From the NCBI GenBank assembly GCA_040772485.1, contig JAXGYC010000007.1:448001-512000 (forward strand): DNA of 64,000 nucleotides. The letters run 5' to 3'. Under the pieces are notes generated by a model. It had not been told where the DNA came from. It was given only the letters and a program-made list of their open reading frames with translations, and ran no database searches. The stretch is from Sedimentisphaerales bacterium. GTDB lineage: Bacteria > Planctomycetota > Phycisphaerae > Sedimentisphaerales > Anaerobacaceae. Numbering within the stretch: position 1 is the stretch's first letter; each line of letters starts with the position of its first letter. Position numbers and translations under genes: made by a program. Shown piece by piece: positions 27,141-37,333 of the stretch.

Positions 27141-29018
27141 ATGTTCAACGAAACGGATAACGTCGAGTTGGTGCGGAAGGCGCAGCAAGGTGACCGTGCG
27201 AGTCTGGATCGCCTCGCGGAGACAGCAAGGGTCCGTCTGCACGAATACGTGTTCCGAATGACCCTCCACGAAGACCTGACGGGCGACATTGTGCAGGAGA
27301 CGATACTGGAAATGCTCCGAATCTTCAAAACGCTCCAATACCGGGAGAAGTTCTGGGGTTGGCTGTACGGGATCGCGTTCAACAAGGTGCGGCGTCACTA
27401 CGGCAAACAATGGCGGCAGCAGAGGCTTCGCCGCCGGGAGGCCGAACGAGAATCCCCCATCCCCATCGCGAACGACGTACTGACCGAAGTCGTCACCGAC
27501 GAACTGAAACAGATCGTCCTTACGTCGGTTCAGCAGTTGGCCCCGCGACACCGGGCAGTGCTGACGCTGCGCTGCTACGACCATCTGTCCTACGCCGAGA
27601 TCGCCAGGCTGATCGGCTGCACGGAGATCGGTGCCCGAGCGGTCTTTTATCGCGCCAAGAGATGCCTGGCTGGCCTGCTGTCGGAACACGGCCTGGGCAA
27701 AGGGTCCCTGCTGCTGGCGCTGGTGGCATTCGGCAAGATGACGGCGGCCAGCACGGCGAGCGCGGCCCAGGTGGCCATCACGGGCGCGACCCTGCAGGTG
27801 GGCCCGCTGGCGGCTGTGCTGGCGATGCTGACGGGCAAGACCGGGCTGATCGCACTGGCGGCCGCCGGAACAGTCGCTGCCGCGTCGGTGGCCATCTCCC
27901 CGCAGACCCTGCGTGCCGTCCTGCCCGGCGACGCACGTCGGACGGACAGCCTGCCGGCCAGCCCCTGGCAGGCGGCCTCGACGCAGCTCCAGGAGTGCTG
28001 GTACTACTTCCCCGAGGGAGGGCAGACACCCGTGATGATCCGCCTGCTGGAGCCGGACGCCGGCAAGCCGGCGGCTGCCTGCCGCATCCTCCAGAATCAG
28101 TATGCCAATTACCACTACGATGATGACGCCGAGACGATCCGCATCAAGAACTATCACGCCTGGAAGCCCGATCTGTCGGTGACAGGTCTGCCGACAGACG
28201 ACCCGGCGCTGAGCCGGTTCCTCGCACAGGTCCAGGGGCACGCCGCCGACGTGGAGCTGACCAGAAATCGCGCTGCCGGCCTGCTGGTCATCTGCCGCCA
28301 TGAAAGCGAGCGGGCCGGGCAAATCTGGCGGATCGACCGCCATATGAACGTCCTGGACGAGGAGTACTTCCATTTCAGTTGGCCCGAAACTACGCCAGTC
28401 GTCGACGACCGCGACGCCATGCACCGGCGAGGCTGGACTTTCTTCCAGATCGACGGCAGCATCGGTGGTCGGGACGTGTCCGGGACGGGCCGCCTGCCAT
28501 TCGTCTATGCATCGGCCCGCAACCATTACCCCTGGCTGAGAATCGAGATTGATGGCCGGCAGACACACGTCGACACGCCGCGAGGCGCCGGTCGCCATGA
28601 CCGGACCGGCCGTGCCATAGAGCGTCTGCCGGGCGGCAGCTTCTTCCAGGGATTGCCGAGGCCCTGGACGGGCCTGCACTGCATCGACACGATCCGCCGG
28701 GATGCGGCCCAGCAGCGTCTGCGGTTCGAGACCGACCGCCAGGACGATGGCACGCATGTGAAGGTGATCGTGCACGCGATGCCGATCGGCCTGGTCTACA
28801 CGGTGGACATGCAAACTGATATAGTTGATACGATCGAGCTCTTCGAGGCGACGCCCGTCGAGGCGAATCGCATCGGTCGGCTGAGTTTTGCGTATCTCCA
28901 GGAGATCGCTGCGCCGACGGACCGGTCGTTCGACGCTCCGCGCGAGCCACGATCGGGCCCGGCTGTGTCAGATGGAACCGGCCTGCTCTGGCTGACGCAA
29001 CTGGCTGGCGGCCGATAG
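27141..29018 (+). CDS. ECF sigma factor with a long C-terminal transmembrane plus extracytoplasmic extension
   Basis: LVRKAQQGD, DIVQET and F.GWLYGIA.N (region 2); LAPRHRAVL.L.....LSYAEIA (region 4); Ala-rich hydrophobic segment, then about 370 aa of unknown domain. Confidence 0.85.
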   Translation: MFNETDNVELVRKAQQGDRASLDRLAETARVRLHEYVFRMTLHEDLTGDIVQETILEMLRIFKTLQYREKFWGWLYGIAFNKVRRHYGKQWRQQRLRRREAERESPIPIANDVLTEVVTDELKQIVLTSVQQLAPRHRAVLTLRCYDHLSYAEIARLIGCTEIGARAVFYRAKRCLAGLLSEHGLGKGSLLLALVAFGKMTAASTASAAQVAITGATLQVGPLAAVLAMLTGKTGLIALAAAGTVAAASVAISPQTLRAVLPGDARRTDSLPASPWQAASTQLQECWYYFPEGGQTPVMIRLLEPDAGKPAAACRILQNQYANYHYDDDAETIRIKNYHAWKPDLSVTGLPTDDPALSRFLAQVQGHAADVELTRNRAAGLLVICRHESERAGQIWRIDRHMNVLDEEYFHFSWPETTPVVDDRDAMHRRGWTFFQIDGSIGGRDVSGTGRLPFVYASARNHYPWLRIEIDGRQTHVDTPRGAGRHDRTGRAIERLPGGSFFQGLPRPWTGLHCIDTIRRDAAQQRLRFETDRQDDGTHVKVIVHAMPIGLVYTVDMQTDIVDTIELFEATPVEANRIGRLSFAYLQEIAAPTDRSFDAPREPRSGPAVSDGTGLLWLTQLAGGR

Positions 29019-29042
29019 CCAAACGAGAAAGGAGTTGGGGTC

Positions 29043-31994
29043 ATGCAAGCCAATCGCGGCTTCGCAGGAGGCACCAGCATCGCTCTGCTACTGGGACTTT
29101 GTATGAGCCCGTGCGTCCTGACCGCGAAGATCATCTACGTCGACTCAAGAGCACCCGGTACGGGTGACGACGCCGGGGCCACATGGGAAGATGCATATCT
29201 CTGCCTCCAGAACGCCCTGGGAGTCGCCCAGGCGGGAGACGAGATCCGAGTCGCCCGAGGTGTGTACCAGCCCGACCGCAGAATGGTCTTCCCACGCACC
29301 GGTCTGCCCCCCCTTGATATTGAAGCCTCCGGCAGCGTGGACGACAGTTTCGTGCTTCCCGAAGGTGTGGTGATCAAGGGGGGGTATGCCGGAGCAAGGA
29401 GTCCCAATCCCGATGCGAGAGTGTCACCCTATCGAAGCATCCTCAGCGGGGACCTCTTGGGCAACGATCCCGATCTGAGCAGTCTCGACTCGCCAACGCT
29501 GGAGAGCTTCGTCATGCACCTCGCGCTGCGGGACAATTCCCGCACCGTGGTAACCGCCGCCGGGGTATCGAGCCAGACCGTCCTGGATGGCTTCACGATT
29601 ACCGCCGGGCATTGCGAGGGAGGGACTCCCGGTTCGTCGCCCCGCTCTCGGAGCGGTACGATCGTGCCATCTCCAACCGCGCAGACGGACGGGGCCGGCG
29701 CGTTTATCGACTCCGGCAGCCCGACGTTCTTTCGATGCGTCTTCTCCCGAAACACCGTGCTGCCCTACACCAACGTCGGAGCGGGCGGTGCTGGTGTCGC
29801 AGCCCACAACAGCAGCGCCACGTTTCAGGAATGTACGTTCGAGGAGAACCTCGCCATTGGCTATGACGGATACGGATATGGCGGCGCCGTTCTGGTCTAT
29901 GAGGGGGCTCCGCAATTCATCAACTGCACGTTTGTAAACAACGCGGCGGGCGGCGCGGGCGGTCCGTGTGCGGGGGGAGCCGTAACAAGCGTTCAGAGCG
30001 ATTGGACGTTGGCGGAATGCTCGTTTGTCGGCAACCGAGTCACGGCCAGCACGGGACGTACCACGGATTCCATAGGAGGAGCCATTTACTGTAGCGATCA
30101 TGGCCACCCGACAATGGCGGACTGCCTGTTCGAGGGCAACTCCGCCCGCGAGGGCGGCGCCGTCTATCTCGATGGCGATTGCGAGCCGAACGTGATCGGG
30201 TGCACCTTCCTGGCTAACACCGCCACCGACAATGGTCGGGGCGGCGCGGTCTACAACAGCAGTAACTGTGCAGGGAATTTCGACGGATGTCGCTTCCTCG
30301 GCAATGCGGCAGACGACTGGGGGGGAGCCCTGTACGCCAAGGGCGCCCCGACCGTCGTCAGTTGTCTGTTCAGTGGAAACTCCGCAGAACGAGGCGCTGG
30401 AATCTACGCCGAGATGAACGCTGCGCCGATGGTCATCAACTGCACGTTCAGCAACAACGTCGCTGCAGAAGAGGGCGGTGCATTCTGCAGCATCGTCGGC
30501 ACCACGCGATTCTCGAACTGCATCCTGTGGGGCAATGCTCCCCAGGAGATGCGCTCGAATACGGGAGGTCTTCAGATCGATCATTCCGATGTCCAGGGAC
30601 TTGGCCTGAGCAGCCAGGCGAATATCGATGCGAACCCGCGTTTTCAGGACCCGCTCGGCGCCGACGCGATCGCCGGCACTCTCGACGACGACTTGCGTCT
30701 GTCCGCTGGTTCGCCCTGTCTGGACGCGGGAGACGACGCCGCCCTTCCGGCGTTTGCGACCACCGATCTGGACGGCCTGGAGCGCGTCGTCGGCGGCCGG
30801 GTCGACATGGGCGCCTATGAGTTCAGCGGTCCGCTGCGCTACTATGTCGACGCGGCTACAGGCGACGACAACAATGGCGGCTGGGGTCCTCGCGAGGCGT
30901 TCGCCACCATCCAGAGAGGGATCCGAGCGGCCAGCGAAGGGTACACCGTGCTGGTCATGCCGGGGGTGTATACCGAGGAGATCAACTTCGCCGGCAAGGC
31001 GATCACGGTCTCCGGCGAGAATGGCGGCGCGATCCTGGAGGCCCCGGGCGGCTACGCCGTGTCGTGCTACACCGCCGAACGCAGCACCAGCGTCCTGAAG
31101 AACTTCGTTGTCCGCAACAGCGACGTTGGAATCTTCGTCGCCGGCGCGATGCCGACCATCCGAAACGTGACGGTCACCGGCAACGAATTTGGGATCGCCT
31201 CGTATGCCGGAGGCAATCCCGACATCAGCAACTGCATCCTCTGGGACAATACCGATGGCGACCTCTTCGGATGCACCGCAAGGTACAGTTGCGTGCAGCA
31301 GGGAGTCGAAGGCGAGGGCAACATCCGCGAAGACCCGCTGTTCGCCGATCCCGAGGCCGGGGACTACCATCTGCTCTCGGAACGGGGACGCTTCGTGCCG
31401 GCTCACGCACTGTGGGCATTCGACGCCAGGACGAGCCCCTGCGTCGACGCCGGCGATCCGGCGCTCGACCCGGACGCTGAGCGGATGCCGAACGGGGGCC
31501 GGATCAACATGGGCGCCTTCGGGGGAACGCCGCAGGCCAGCATGAGCGAATGGCCCCTGGCAGGCGATCTCAACCGCGACAGACGCGTCGACTTCGCGGA
31601 TCTGGCCATCCTCCTCGACCAGTGGCTGGAGGAACTGCCTGCGGTCGGCGCCGGCGCCGCAGACGCATCTTCCCTTCAGCCGAACCCGGCCCGCTGGGCC
31701 ATCGACGGCCAGCCTCGTGAAGTCCACGGGGGTGGGGGTGTCTTCGACTATTACGTCGAGATGACGGCGGCCGAGGTGGTTTCGCCGCACGGTCCCGTGG
31801 AGTACTTCTTTGACTGTCATGTCAGCTCCGAGCTCTTTCCTTTCGGGTATGACAGCGGCTGGCAGAACGCACGTACCTACAAGGTCCTGGTGGGACGCAG
31901 CGGGCAAGGCCTTCGGTTCCGCGTGCGAGCGCGCGACCAGGCCGGCAATATGACCGACTGGTCCGAGTGGACCATCGCTCTGCCGGCAAACTGA
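29043..31994 (+). CDS. Secreted right-handed beta-helix repeat protein with a dockerin-like motif
   Basis: IIYVD..A.G...GATWEDAY; repeated CxFxxNxA..GGA; L.AGSPCLDAG; RVDMGAYE; RINMGAFGGT; GDLNRDRRVDFADL. Confidence 0.8.
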   Translation: MQANRGFAGGTSIALLLGLCMSPCVLTAKIIYVDSRAPGTGDDAGATWEDAYLCLQNALGVAQAGDEIRVARGVYQPDRRMVFPRTGLPPLDIEASGSVDDSFVLPEGVVIKGGYAGARSPNPDARVSPYRSILSGDLLGNDPDLSSLDSPTLESFVMHLALRDNSRTVVTAAGVSSQTVLDGFTITAGHCEGGTPGSSPRSRSGTIVPSPTAQTDGAGAFIDSGSPTFFRCVFSRNTVLPYTNVGAGGAGVAAHNSSATFQECTFEENLAIGYDGYGYGGAVLVYEGAPQFINCTFVNNAAGGAGGPCAGGAVTSVQSDWTLAECSFVGNRVTASTGRTTDSIGGAIYCSDHGHPTMADCLFEGNSAREGGAVYLDGDCEPNVIGCTFLANTATDNGRGGAVYNSSNCAGNFDGCRFLGNAADDWGGALYAKGAPTVVSCLFSGNSAERGAGIYAEMNAAPMVINCTFSNNVAAEEGGAFCSIVGTTRFSNCILWGNAPQEMRSNTGGLQIDHSDVQGLGLSSQANIDANPRFQDPLGADAIAGTLDDDLRLSAGSPCLDAGDDAALPAFATTDLDGLERVVGGRVDMGAYEFSGPLRYYVDAATGDDNNGGWGPREAFATIQRGIRAASEGYTVLVMPGVYTEEINFAGKAITVSGENGGAILEAPGGYAVSCYTAERSTSVLKNFVVRNSDVGIFVAGAMPTIRNVTVTGNEFGIASYAGGNPDISNCILWDNTDGDLFGCTARYSCVQQGVEGEGNIREDPLFADPEAGDYHLLSERGRFVPAHALWAFDARTSPCVDAGDPALDPDAERMPNGGRINMGAFGGTPQASMSEWPLAGDLNRDRRVDFADLAILLDQWLEELPAVGAGAADASSLQPNPARWAIDGQPREVHGGGGVFDYYVEMTAAEVVSPHGPVEYFFDCHVSSELFPFGYDSGWQNARTYKVLVGRSGQGLRFRVRARDQAGNMTDWSEWTIALPAN

Positions 31995-32063
31995 CACAAG
32001 GTGAGTCGAGCGAAAGAGCTGGCGTTCGGAGGCGGAAGGAGCGAACGCAACGGCATCGTCTGG

Positions 32064-32099
32064 GGGCGGAATTGCGGTTGTTCGACGGCAACTCCGCCC
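32064..32099. terminator. GC-rich hairpin downstream of the beta-helix gene
   Basis: GGGCGGAATTGC...GCAACTCCGCCC inverted repeat; weak U-tract. Confidence 0.35.
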
Positions 32100-32147
32100 T
32101 TGTGCTTGGCGAATCAACGGTGTCAGGTGCACTCTGCGAATTGGGTG

Positions 32148-32176
32148 TTGACCTCCACCCAGGATCGGCATAAGAT
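32148..32176 (+). promoter_or_regulatory. Sigma70-type promoter
   Basis: TTGACC, 17 bp spacer, TAAGAT upstream of the prepilin-like gene. Confidence 0.5.
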
Positions 32177-32262
32177 GCGATTGACGAAACGGGAATTGCT
32201 CAAGCACGAGACCCGAGATGTGTGCGACGCGGCGAGAATGTGGCGATGCGATGCTGCAATGC

Positions 32263-33147
32263 ATGGGAGGTTCGCGCGAAGGCAGCCGACGCGGCCTGAC
32301 GCTGGTCGAACTTCTCGTCGTCGTGAGCATCCTTTCCGTGCTCATGGCCCTGCTGGTGCCGGGCCTGGAGAGAGTTCGTCACCAGGCCCGATCCGTCATC
32401 GGGATGCAGAGACTGCGAGAGATTACCACCGCCGTCAACACGTTCGCCACCGATCACGACGAACGCTATCCTCCGTCGATTGCGACGATCGGCATGGAAG
32501 ACAGTTGGAACTGGCAGGCGCCGAACATGCTGACAGGATATCTGGAGCGAGCGCCCGGCATTCGGCGTTCGGTCAGCGCGTACCTGCGACCGTACATCGG
32601 CGATGCCGACGTGATGTTCTGCCCGAACGCCCCACTGAGATACCGGTATCTCCAGGAGGCCTGGGACGCCGGCGATGAATGGGACCACCCTGAAAGCCCG
32701 GCGGTGCCCGATGCCCTGTTCGGCACGTACTGCCTCTACTGGAACTATGTGGGTTATCTCGGCCAGGACGACGGGCTCTTTCGAGGGCCCACTGGTCCGG
32801 TGCGTGGGTACCGGGAAAGCTCCGTCCTGGTCAGCGATTACTTCGGCTACGATCACTGGCGCAGCCGTTTGACGTTCGGAAGCTGTGAACCCTTCCAATC
32901 CGCCGAAGTGGTGGACGGAACGGCGATCTCGTCGGCGTTCTGGTCCACGCCGGGCAGCGGCACGTCGGAAGAGTTGGAACGGATGTCGCTGCAACTTCGT
33001 GCCGGACACGTGGACGGCCACGTCGAATCCTACCGGCCGGCTGAGACCCGGGCCATGCACGTGATCATGGAACCGGCGACCAACAAGCCGTACGAGCCCG
33101 GCGTCGGACCGGGCGCCTTCTACGTGCCCCGTGTCGGACTGCGATGA
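32263..33147 (+). CDS. Prepilin-type N-terminal cleavage/methylation domain protein (DUF1559-like)
   Basis: RRG/LTLVELLVVVSILSVLMALLVP; FCP; C-terminal GHVDGHV. Confidence 0.82.
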   Translation: MGGSREGSRRGLTLVELLVVVSILSVLMALLVPGLERVRHQARSVIGMQRLREITTAVNTFATDHDERYPPSIATIGMEDSWNWQAPNMLTGYLERAPGIRRSVSAYLRPYIGDADVMFCPNAPLRYRYLQEAWDAGDEWDHPESPAVPDALFGTYCLYWNYVGYLGQDDGLFRGPTGPVRGYRESSVLVSDYFGYDHWRSRLTFGSCEPFQSAEVVDGTAISSAFWSTPGSGTSEELERMSLQLRAGHVDGHVESYRPAETRAMHVIMEPATNKPYEPGVGPGAFYVPRVGLR

Positions 33148-33178
33148 GAAATCGGCCCAGCCACGACCGAACGAGAGC

Positions 33179-34501
33179 TCACGCCTTCACGATCTTGCTG
33201 CGTCCGCTGCGAACCCCGGCTGTCGCGTTGCGCGTGTCCACCACCAGCCTGGCGTTCTTGACGATCCACGCGTAATCATAGTCGCTGTGGTTGGTGGCAA
33301 TCACCACCGCATCATAGCCGGCGAGCGCCTTGGCGGTCAGCGGCTTGCTCTTCATCCGAAGATCGTACTCGCGCTGCTTGTGCGTCTGCGCGATGTACGG
33401 ATCGTTGTAGTCGACCTTCGCGCCTTTTTCCTTGAACAACTCGATCAGTTCCAGCGACGGCGATTCGCGCACGTCGTCGATGTCGGGCTTGTAAGCCAGG
33501 CCCAGCACGAGGATCTTCGAGCCCTTGAGGCTCATGCGCCGCTCGTTGAGGGCATCAGCCGTCCGCTGCACGACGTACTCGGGCATGCCTGTATTGATCT
33601 CGCCGGCCAGCTCAATGAACCGAGTCGGCATCCCGTATTGGCGCGCCTTCCAGGTCAGGTAGAACGGATCGATCGGAATGCAGTGACCGCCCAGGCCGGG
33701 ACCCGGATAGAACGCGTTGAACCCAAACGGCTTCGTGCTCGCGGCGCGGATGACTTCCCACACATCGATGCCCATCCGATCGAAGAGCATCTTCAGCTCG
33801 TTGACCAGAGCGATGTTGATGCAGCGATAGGTGTTCTCGAGGATCTTGGCCGCTTCCGCCACCTCGCAGTTGTCGACGGAAACCAGGGTCTCGATCGCAT
33901 ATCGATAGACGTCCAGGGCCCGGCGAAGGCTTTCCTTCCCGTAGCCCCCGACCACCTTCGGGATCGTGGACGTGCGGAAGTGCTTGTTGCCCGGGTCTTC
34001 GCGTTCGGGAGAAAACGCCAGGAAGAAGTCCTTTTCCGCCTTGAGCCCCGATTGTTCGAGGATGGGCAGCATGACCTCACGGGTCGTGCCGGGATAGGTC
34101 GTGCTCTCGAGGACCACGAGCTGGCCCTTGCGGAGATACCTGGCGATCGTTCGGCAGGTCGTCTCGACGAATTGAAGATCGGGCTCACGGTTCTGCGTGA
34201 GCGGCGTGGGCACGCAGATCAGAATCGCATCCGGCTGCGACAGCTTGCTCATATCGTCGGTGGCGCGAAACCGGCCCGACTTCACCATTTCCGCCATTGT
34301 GGCATGCGGGATGTGTTTTATCGGGCTCTTGCCCCGATTGATCGTGGCAACCGCCTTCGAGTTGATGTCGAAACCCAGGACTTTGGCGCCGCCCTTGCAG
34401 AACTCCCGTGCCAGCGGCAGTCCGACGTAACCCAAGCCAACGATCCCCACGTAAACCGATGCGCGCCCGCTCTTTGGATTTGTGCTCTTGCGTCTGGCCA
34501 C
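33179..34501 (-). CDS. Nucleotide-sugar dehydrogenase (UDP-GlcNAc/ManNAc 6-dehydrogenase, WbpA/WecC family)
   Basis: GLGYVGLPLA, ICVPTPL, LESTTYPGTT, FSPEREDPG, GLGGHCIPIDP and YKPDIDDVRESP. Confidence 0.92.
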   Translation of the reverse strand: MARRKSTNPKSGRASVYVGIVGLGYVGLPLAREFCKGGAKVLGFDINSKAVATINRGKSPIKHIPHATMAEMVKSGRFRATDDMSKLSQPDAILICVPTPLTQNREPDLQFVETTCRTIARYLRKGQLVVLESTTYPGTTREVMLPILEQSGLKAEKDFFLAFSPEREDPGNKHFRTSTIPKVVGGYGKESLRRALDVYRYAIETLVSVDNCEVAEAAKILENTYRCINIALVNELKMLFDRMGIDVWEVIRAASTKPFGFNAFYPGPGLGGHCIPIDPFYLTWKARQYGMPTRFIELAGEINTGMPEYVVQRTADALNERRMSLKGSKILVLGLAYKPDIDDVRESPSLELIELFKEKGAKVDYNDPYIAQTHKQREYDLRMKSKPLTAKALAGYDAVVIATNHSDYDYAWIVKNARLVVDTRNATAGVRSGRSKIVKA

Positions 34502-34666
34502 AACGACCTCGCCGTCAAAAAAGACCCTGTCCGATCGCCGGCGCTCGACGCCCGGGCCCCGGCGACATATCCGCACCCTATATCGGCAAATGTGTCCCCC
34601 GAGTTTGCATTTCGAGGTCAACCGCATGGGCCAAAGCCCATCCTGCATGACCGGTCATCCCCAGGG

Positions 34667-35470
34667 CTATCGACCCGCCTCGGGGTTCAGCGTGACAAGG
34701 TCCTCCCCTGCCAGCAGTCTGCGCGGGTTCTCAATGCACAGAATATCGGCCCCGTCGCGACCCAGATACCGGCTGAGCAAGTGATAGGCATCGGTCATGC
34801 AGGGCGCTCGCCCGGCTGTGTCGTGCGCATCCGTGGCGACCACAACGGGCAACGACTCCTGGAGAAACGCCCAAGCCGCCCTTTCGCTGCGGCGTCCGAA
34901 TCCGCCGAGGAAGCTGCCCGCCGTGAGCTGAAGGCAGGGTCGATAGGAGGCCCAACGACGGACGTACTCGGGGCGCTCTGCGAGGAACATGTGGCGCTCG
35001 GGATGCGTGATCACGCCGCACAGCCCGGCCGGCCCCAATCTGGCCAGCAGCATCTCCGGGTCGATGAAGACCTCGTGGGGCAGTTCAAGAAGCAGATACC
35101 GTCGATTGTCGGCGACGGTAAGGACCAGGTCGGATTGCACGAGGTCGTCGATCCGCTCATCGATTCGAACATCCGCTCCCGGCAGAACACGCACAGGAAT
35201 CTGGGCCTCCCCCAGCAGTTCATTGAGCTGCGTCACGGCCTGTCGAATTGTTCCGGCATCGTACAACCCGTCGTAGCGTCCAAGCTGGTGCGGCGTCGCC
35301 ACCACCGTCCTGATCCGGTCGGCCGCGAGGGCGCGGCACAACGCCAGGGCCGAAGGCACATCCGGCGGCCCGTCATCCAAGCCGGGAAGGCAATGACAGT
35401 GCACGTCGGTGAAGCCGGCCTCTCGCTCGCTCCGGACCCTTTCCATGCTGTTCGCACCGGATGACTGCAT
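34667..35470 (-). CDS. CpsB/CapC-type PHP-family protein-tyrosine phosphatase
   Basis: DVHCHCLPGLDDG, ATPH, YLLLELP, THPER and ATDAH. Confidence 0.88.
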   Translation of the reverse strand: MQSSGANSMERVRSEREAGFTDVHCHCLPGLDDGPPDVPSALALCRALAADRIRTVVATPHQLGRYDGLYDAGTIRQAVTQLNELLGEAQIPVRVLPGADVRIDERIDDLVQSDLVLTVADNRRYLLLELPHEVFIDPEMLLARLGPAGLCGVITHPERHMFLAERPEYVRRWASYRPCLQLTAGSFLGGFGRRSERAAWAFLQESLPVVVATDAHDTAGRAPCMTDAYHLLSRYLGRDGADILCIENPRRLLAGEDLVTLNPEAGR

Positions 35471-35528
35471 TTGTGCCCACCCTGTTCACCCGATTCGATC
35501 GGCGCCACAATCCAGAACTATGACGAGA

Positions 35529-36671
35529 TTACCGCACGGACTGGAGCGTCACTTCGAGATTGACTTGTTCCTCCGGCCGACGCACCTGCAAGATCACGCG
35601 GTCACCGATCTCGTGCGTGTCGAGAAGGCGGAACAAATCGCGGCTGTTGCGCACCGGCTGGCCGTCCACCGCGACGATCAGGTCTCCCACGACCCGGCCG
35701 CGTGTATCATACCGCAGCGATCGCAGACCCGCTTTCTCGGCGGCGCTGCCGGACATGACTTCCCCGACGAGCGCCCCTTCCAGGCCCAGACGCTGCACAA
35801 TGTGGTCTGGGGCAAGACTCACCCCGAGACCGGCCTTGGGTGGACGGCCGTAGCGAATGATCTGCGGAACCAGACGGTTGACCACGTCCACCGGAACGGC
35901 AAACCCGATCCCGGCGTACGCCCCGGACGGGCTGACGATGGCGGTGTTGATCCCGATCAGACGACCGGCACTGTCCAGCAGCGGACCGCCGGAGTTGCCT
36001 GGGTTGATGGCAGCATCCGTCTGGATGACCCCCTCGATCGGACGGCCGGTCACCGATTCGATCACGCGACCCAGACCGCTGATGACACCGGTGGTCAGCG
36101 TCTGGTCGAATCCAAAGGGGTTCCCGATGGCGAACACCTTCTGGCCCACTTCGAGGTCGCTGGAGGTACCCACCGCAATGGCGGGCAAGGTGCGACTCTG
36201 GGCGTCGATCCTCAGGACCGCCAGATCCTTGTCCGGCTCGACTCCGACGAGCCGCGCCGGCCAGGTCGAATGGTCCGCCAGCGTAACGTCGGCCGCTTGG
36301 GCGCTCTGGATGACGTGGAAATTCGTCACGATGTATCCGTTGGCATCCCAGACAAACCCGGACCCGCTTCCCTGCGGCACCTCCGTGGCGCGGAGGCTGA
36401 AGGGACTCCTCTGCGTGGCCTTGCTGGTGATGAAGACCACCGACGGAGACGCCCGCCGAAACAGCTCGATGGTGCTCCTCTCGTCCTCCGCCAGGTCCCC
36501 TCGCGGCGTGACGGCGCGCGGCACGGCGTCTTGGTCGTGCAAGCCGAAAAGCCACGGCCGAATCTGCCAGAACAGCAGTACGACGAGCAGAGCCAACAGA
36601 AGCAGAATCAGCCCACGCTTGTGATCCGGTTCCGCGACGCTGCGCGTTCGATCCACGTTGTTCTCTTCCAT
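35529..36671 (-). CDS. HtrA/DegP-like trypsin serine protease with a PDZ domain
   Basis: GSGSGF, TNFHV, DLAVL and IQTDAAINPGNSGGPL; C-terminal PDZ; N-terminal TM. Confidence 0.92.
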   Translation of the reverse strand: MEENNVDRTRSVAEPDHKRGLILLLLALLVVLLFWQIRPWLFGLHDQDAVPRAVTPRGDLAEDERSTIELFRRASPSVVFITSKATQRSPFSLRATEVPQGSGSGFVWDANGYIVTNFHVIQSAQAADVTLADHSTWPARLVGVEPDKDLAVLRIDAQSRTLPAIAVGTSSDLEVGQKVFAIGNPFGFDQTLTTGVISGLGRVIESVTGRPIEGVIQTDAAINPGNSGGPLLDSAGRLIGINTAIVSPSGAYAGIGFAVPVDVVNRLVPQIIRYGRPPKAGLGVSLAPDHIVQRLGLEGALVGEVMSGSAAEKAGLRSLRYDTRGRVVGDLIVAVDGQPVRNSRDLFRLLDTHEIGDRVILQVRRPEEQVNLEVTLQSVR

Positions 36672-36879
36672 GACAGTCGTCTCCCATCGGGTGTTCACGA
36701 TCGCCCGGAGCGATCTCTTCGTGCGACGCCGATCATCATAGGCCTCGTACGGACGACTGTCAAAGCCCTATCGCAGACAGTGGTCGAAGAACCAATCGAC
36801 GGGACAGACTGCGCAGGAACTGGTCGATCCGATCTGTTGGCAAGGCGGCCACCCGGACACTGAAGACGTCAGGCACGGA

Positions 36880-37029
36880 TCACAAATGTCGTGCCGACAG
36901 GCGGCGCTGGATCTCCATCTTGCTTTCCCACTTGTGGAAGTCCAGCGCCGTGGTGCGATCCCAGTTCAGCTGCCATAGGTCGCGCCAACGACACCACAGA
37001 ATGCGCAGAAATCTTGCCGCCTTCATCAT
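36880..37029 (-). CDS. Small hypothetical protein (49 aa, Trp/Arg-rich)
   Basis: AAGGAGG RBS directly upstream of ATGATG; MMKAARFLRILWCRWRDLWQLNWDRTTALDFHKWESKMEIQRRLSARHL. Confidence 0.5.
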   Translation of the reverse strand: MMKAARFLRILWCRWRDLWQLNWDRTTALDFHKWESKMEIQRRLSARHL

Positions 37030-37333
37030 CACCCCTCCTTGGGAATTCCAGCATACTGGAATCCGCCGACACAATGACCTGCCTGGCTTCATCTCGGTTG
37101 CGCCTGCATGCGGCCGCAACCGGACACGAAAGCACATGCGACGGGCTTGGTCGGTATCTGCCGGCCGTCTCGGTTTCTTTCGGAAGGACGCCGCCCGGGT
37201 GATGCGCCGCGATCGATCGCGCCGGGTCACTAATCCGAGCGGCGTCCCCGTCCATCCGTGGACGTACCGAATACCGCCACCCATCCTTGGTCTGGTGTAT
37301 CTTCGAATGACGCCCTGCCTCGGCGTCATCCGA

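Noticed and set aside
18364..32345. Very long antisense ORFs (1022, 822, 571 and 973 aa), and similar ones elsewhere
   Set aside because: Expected shadow frames in high-GC coding DNA; no motifs, and they overlap well-supported genes.
17762..33147. Genomic island integrated at tRNA-Lys
   Set aside because: No integrase, and I found no duplicate of the tRNA 3' end in the window; composition looks similar to the flanks.
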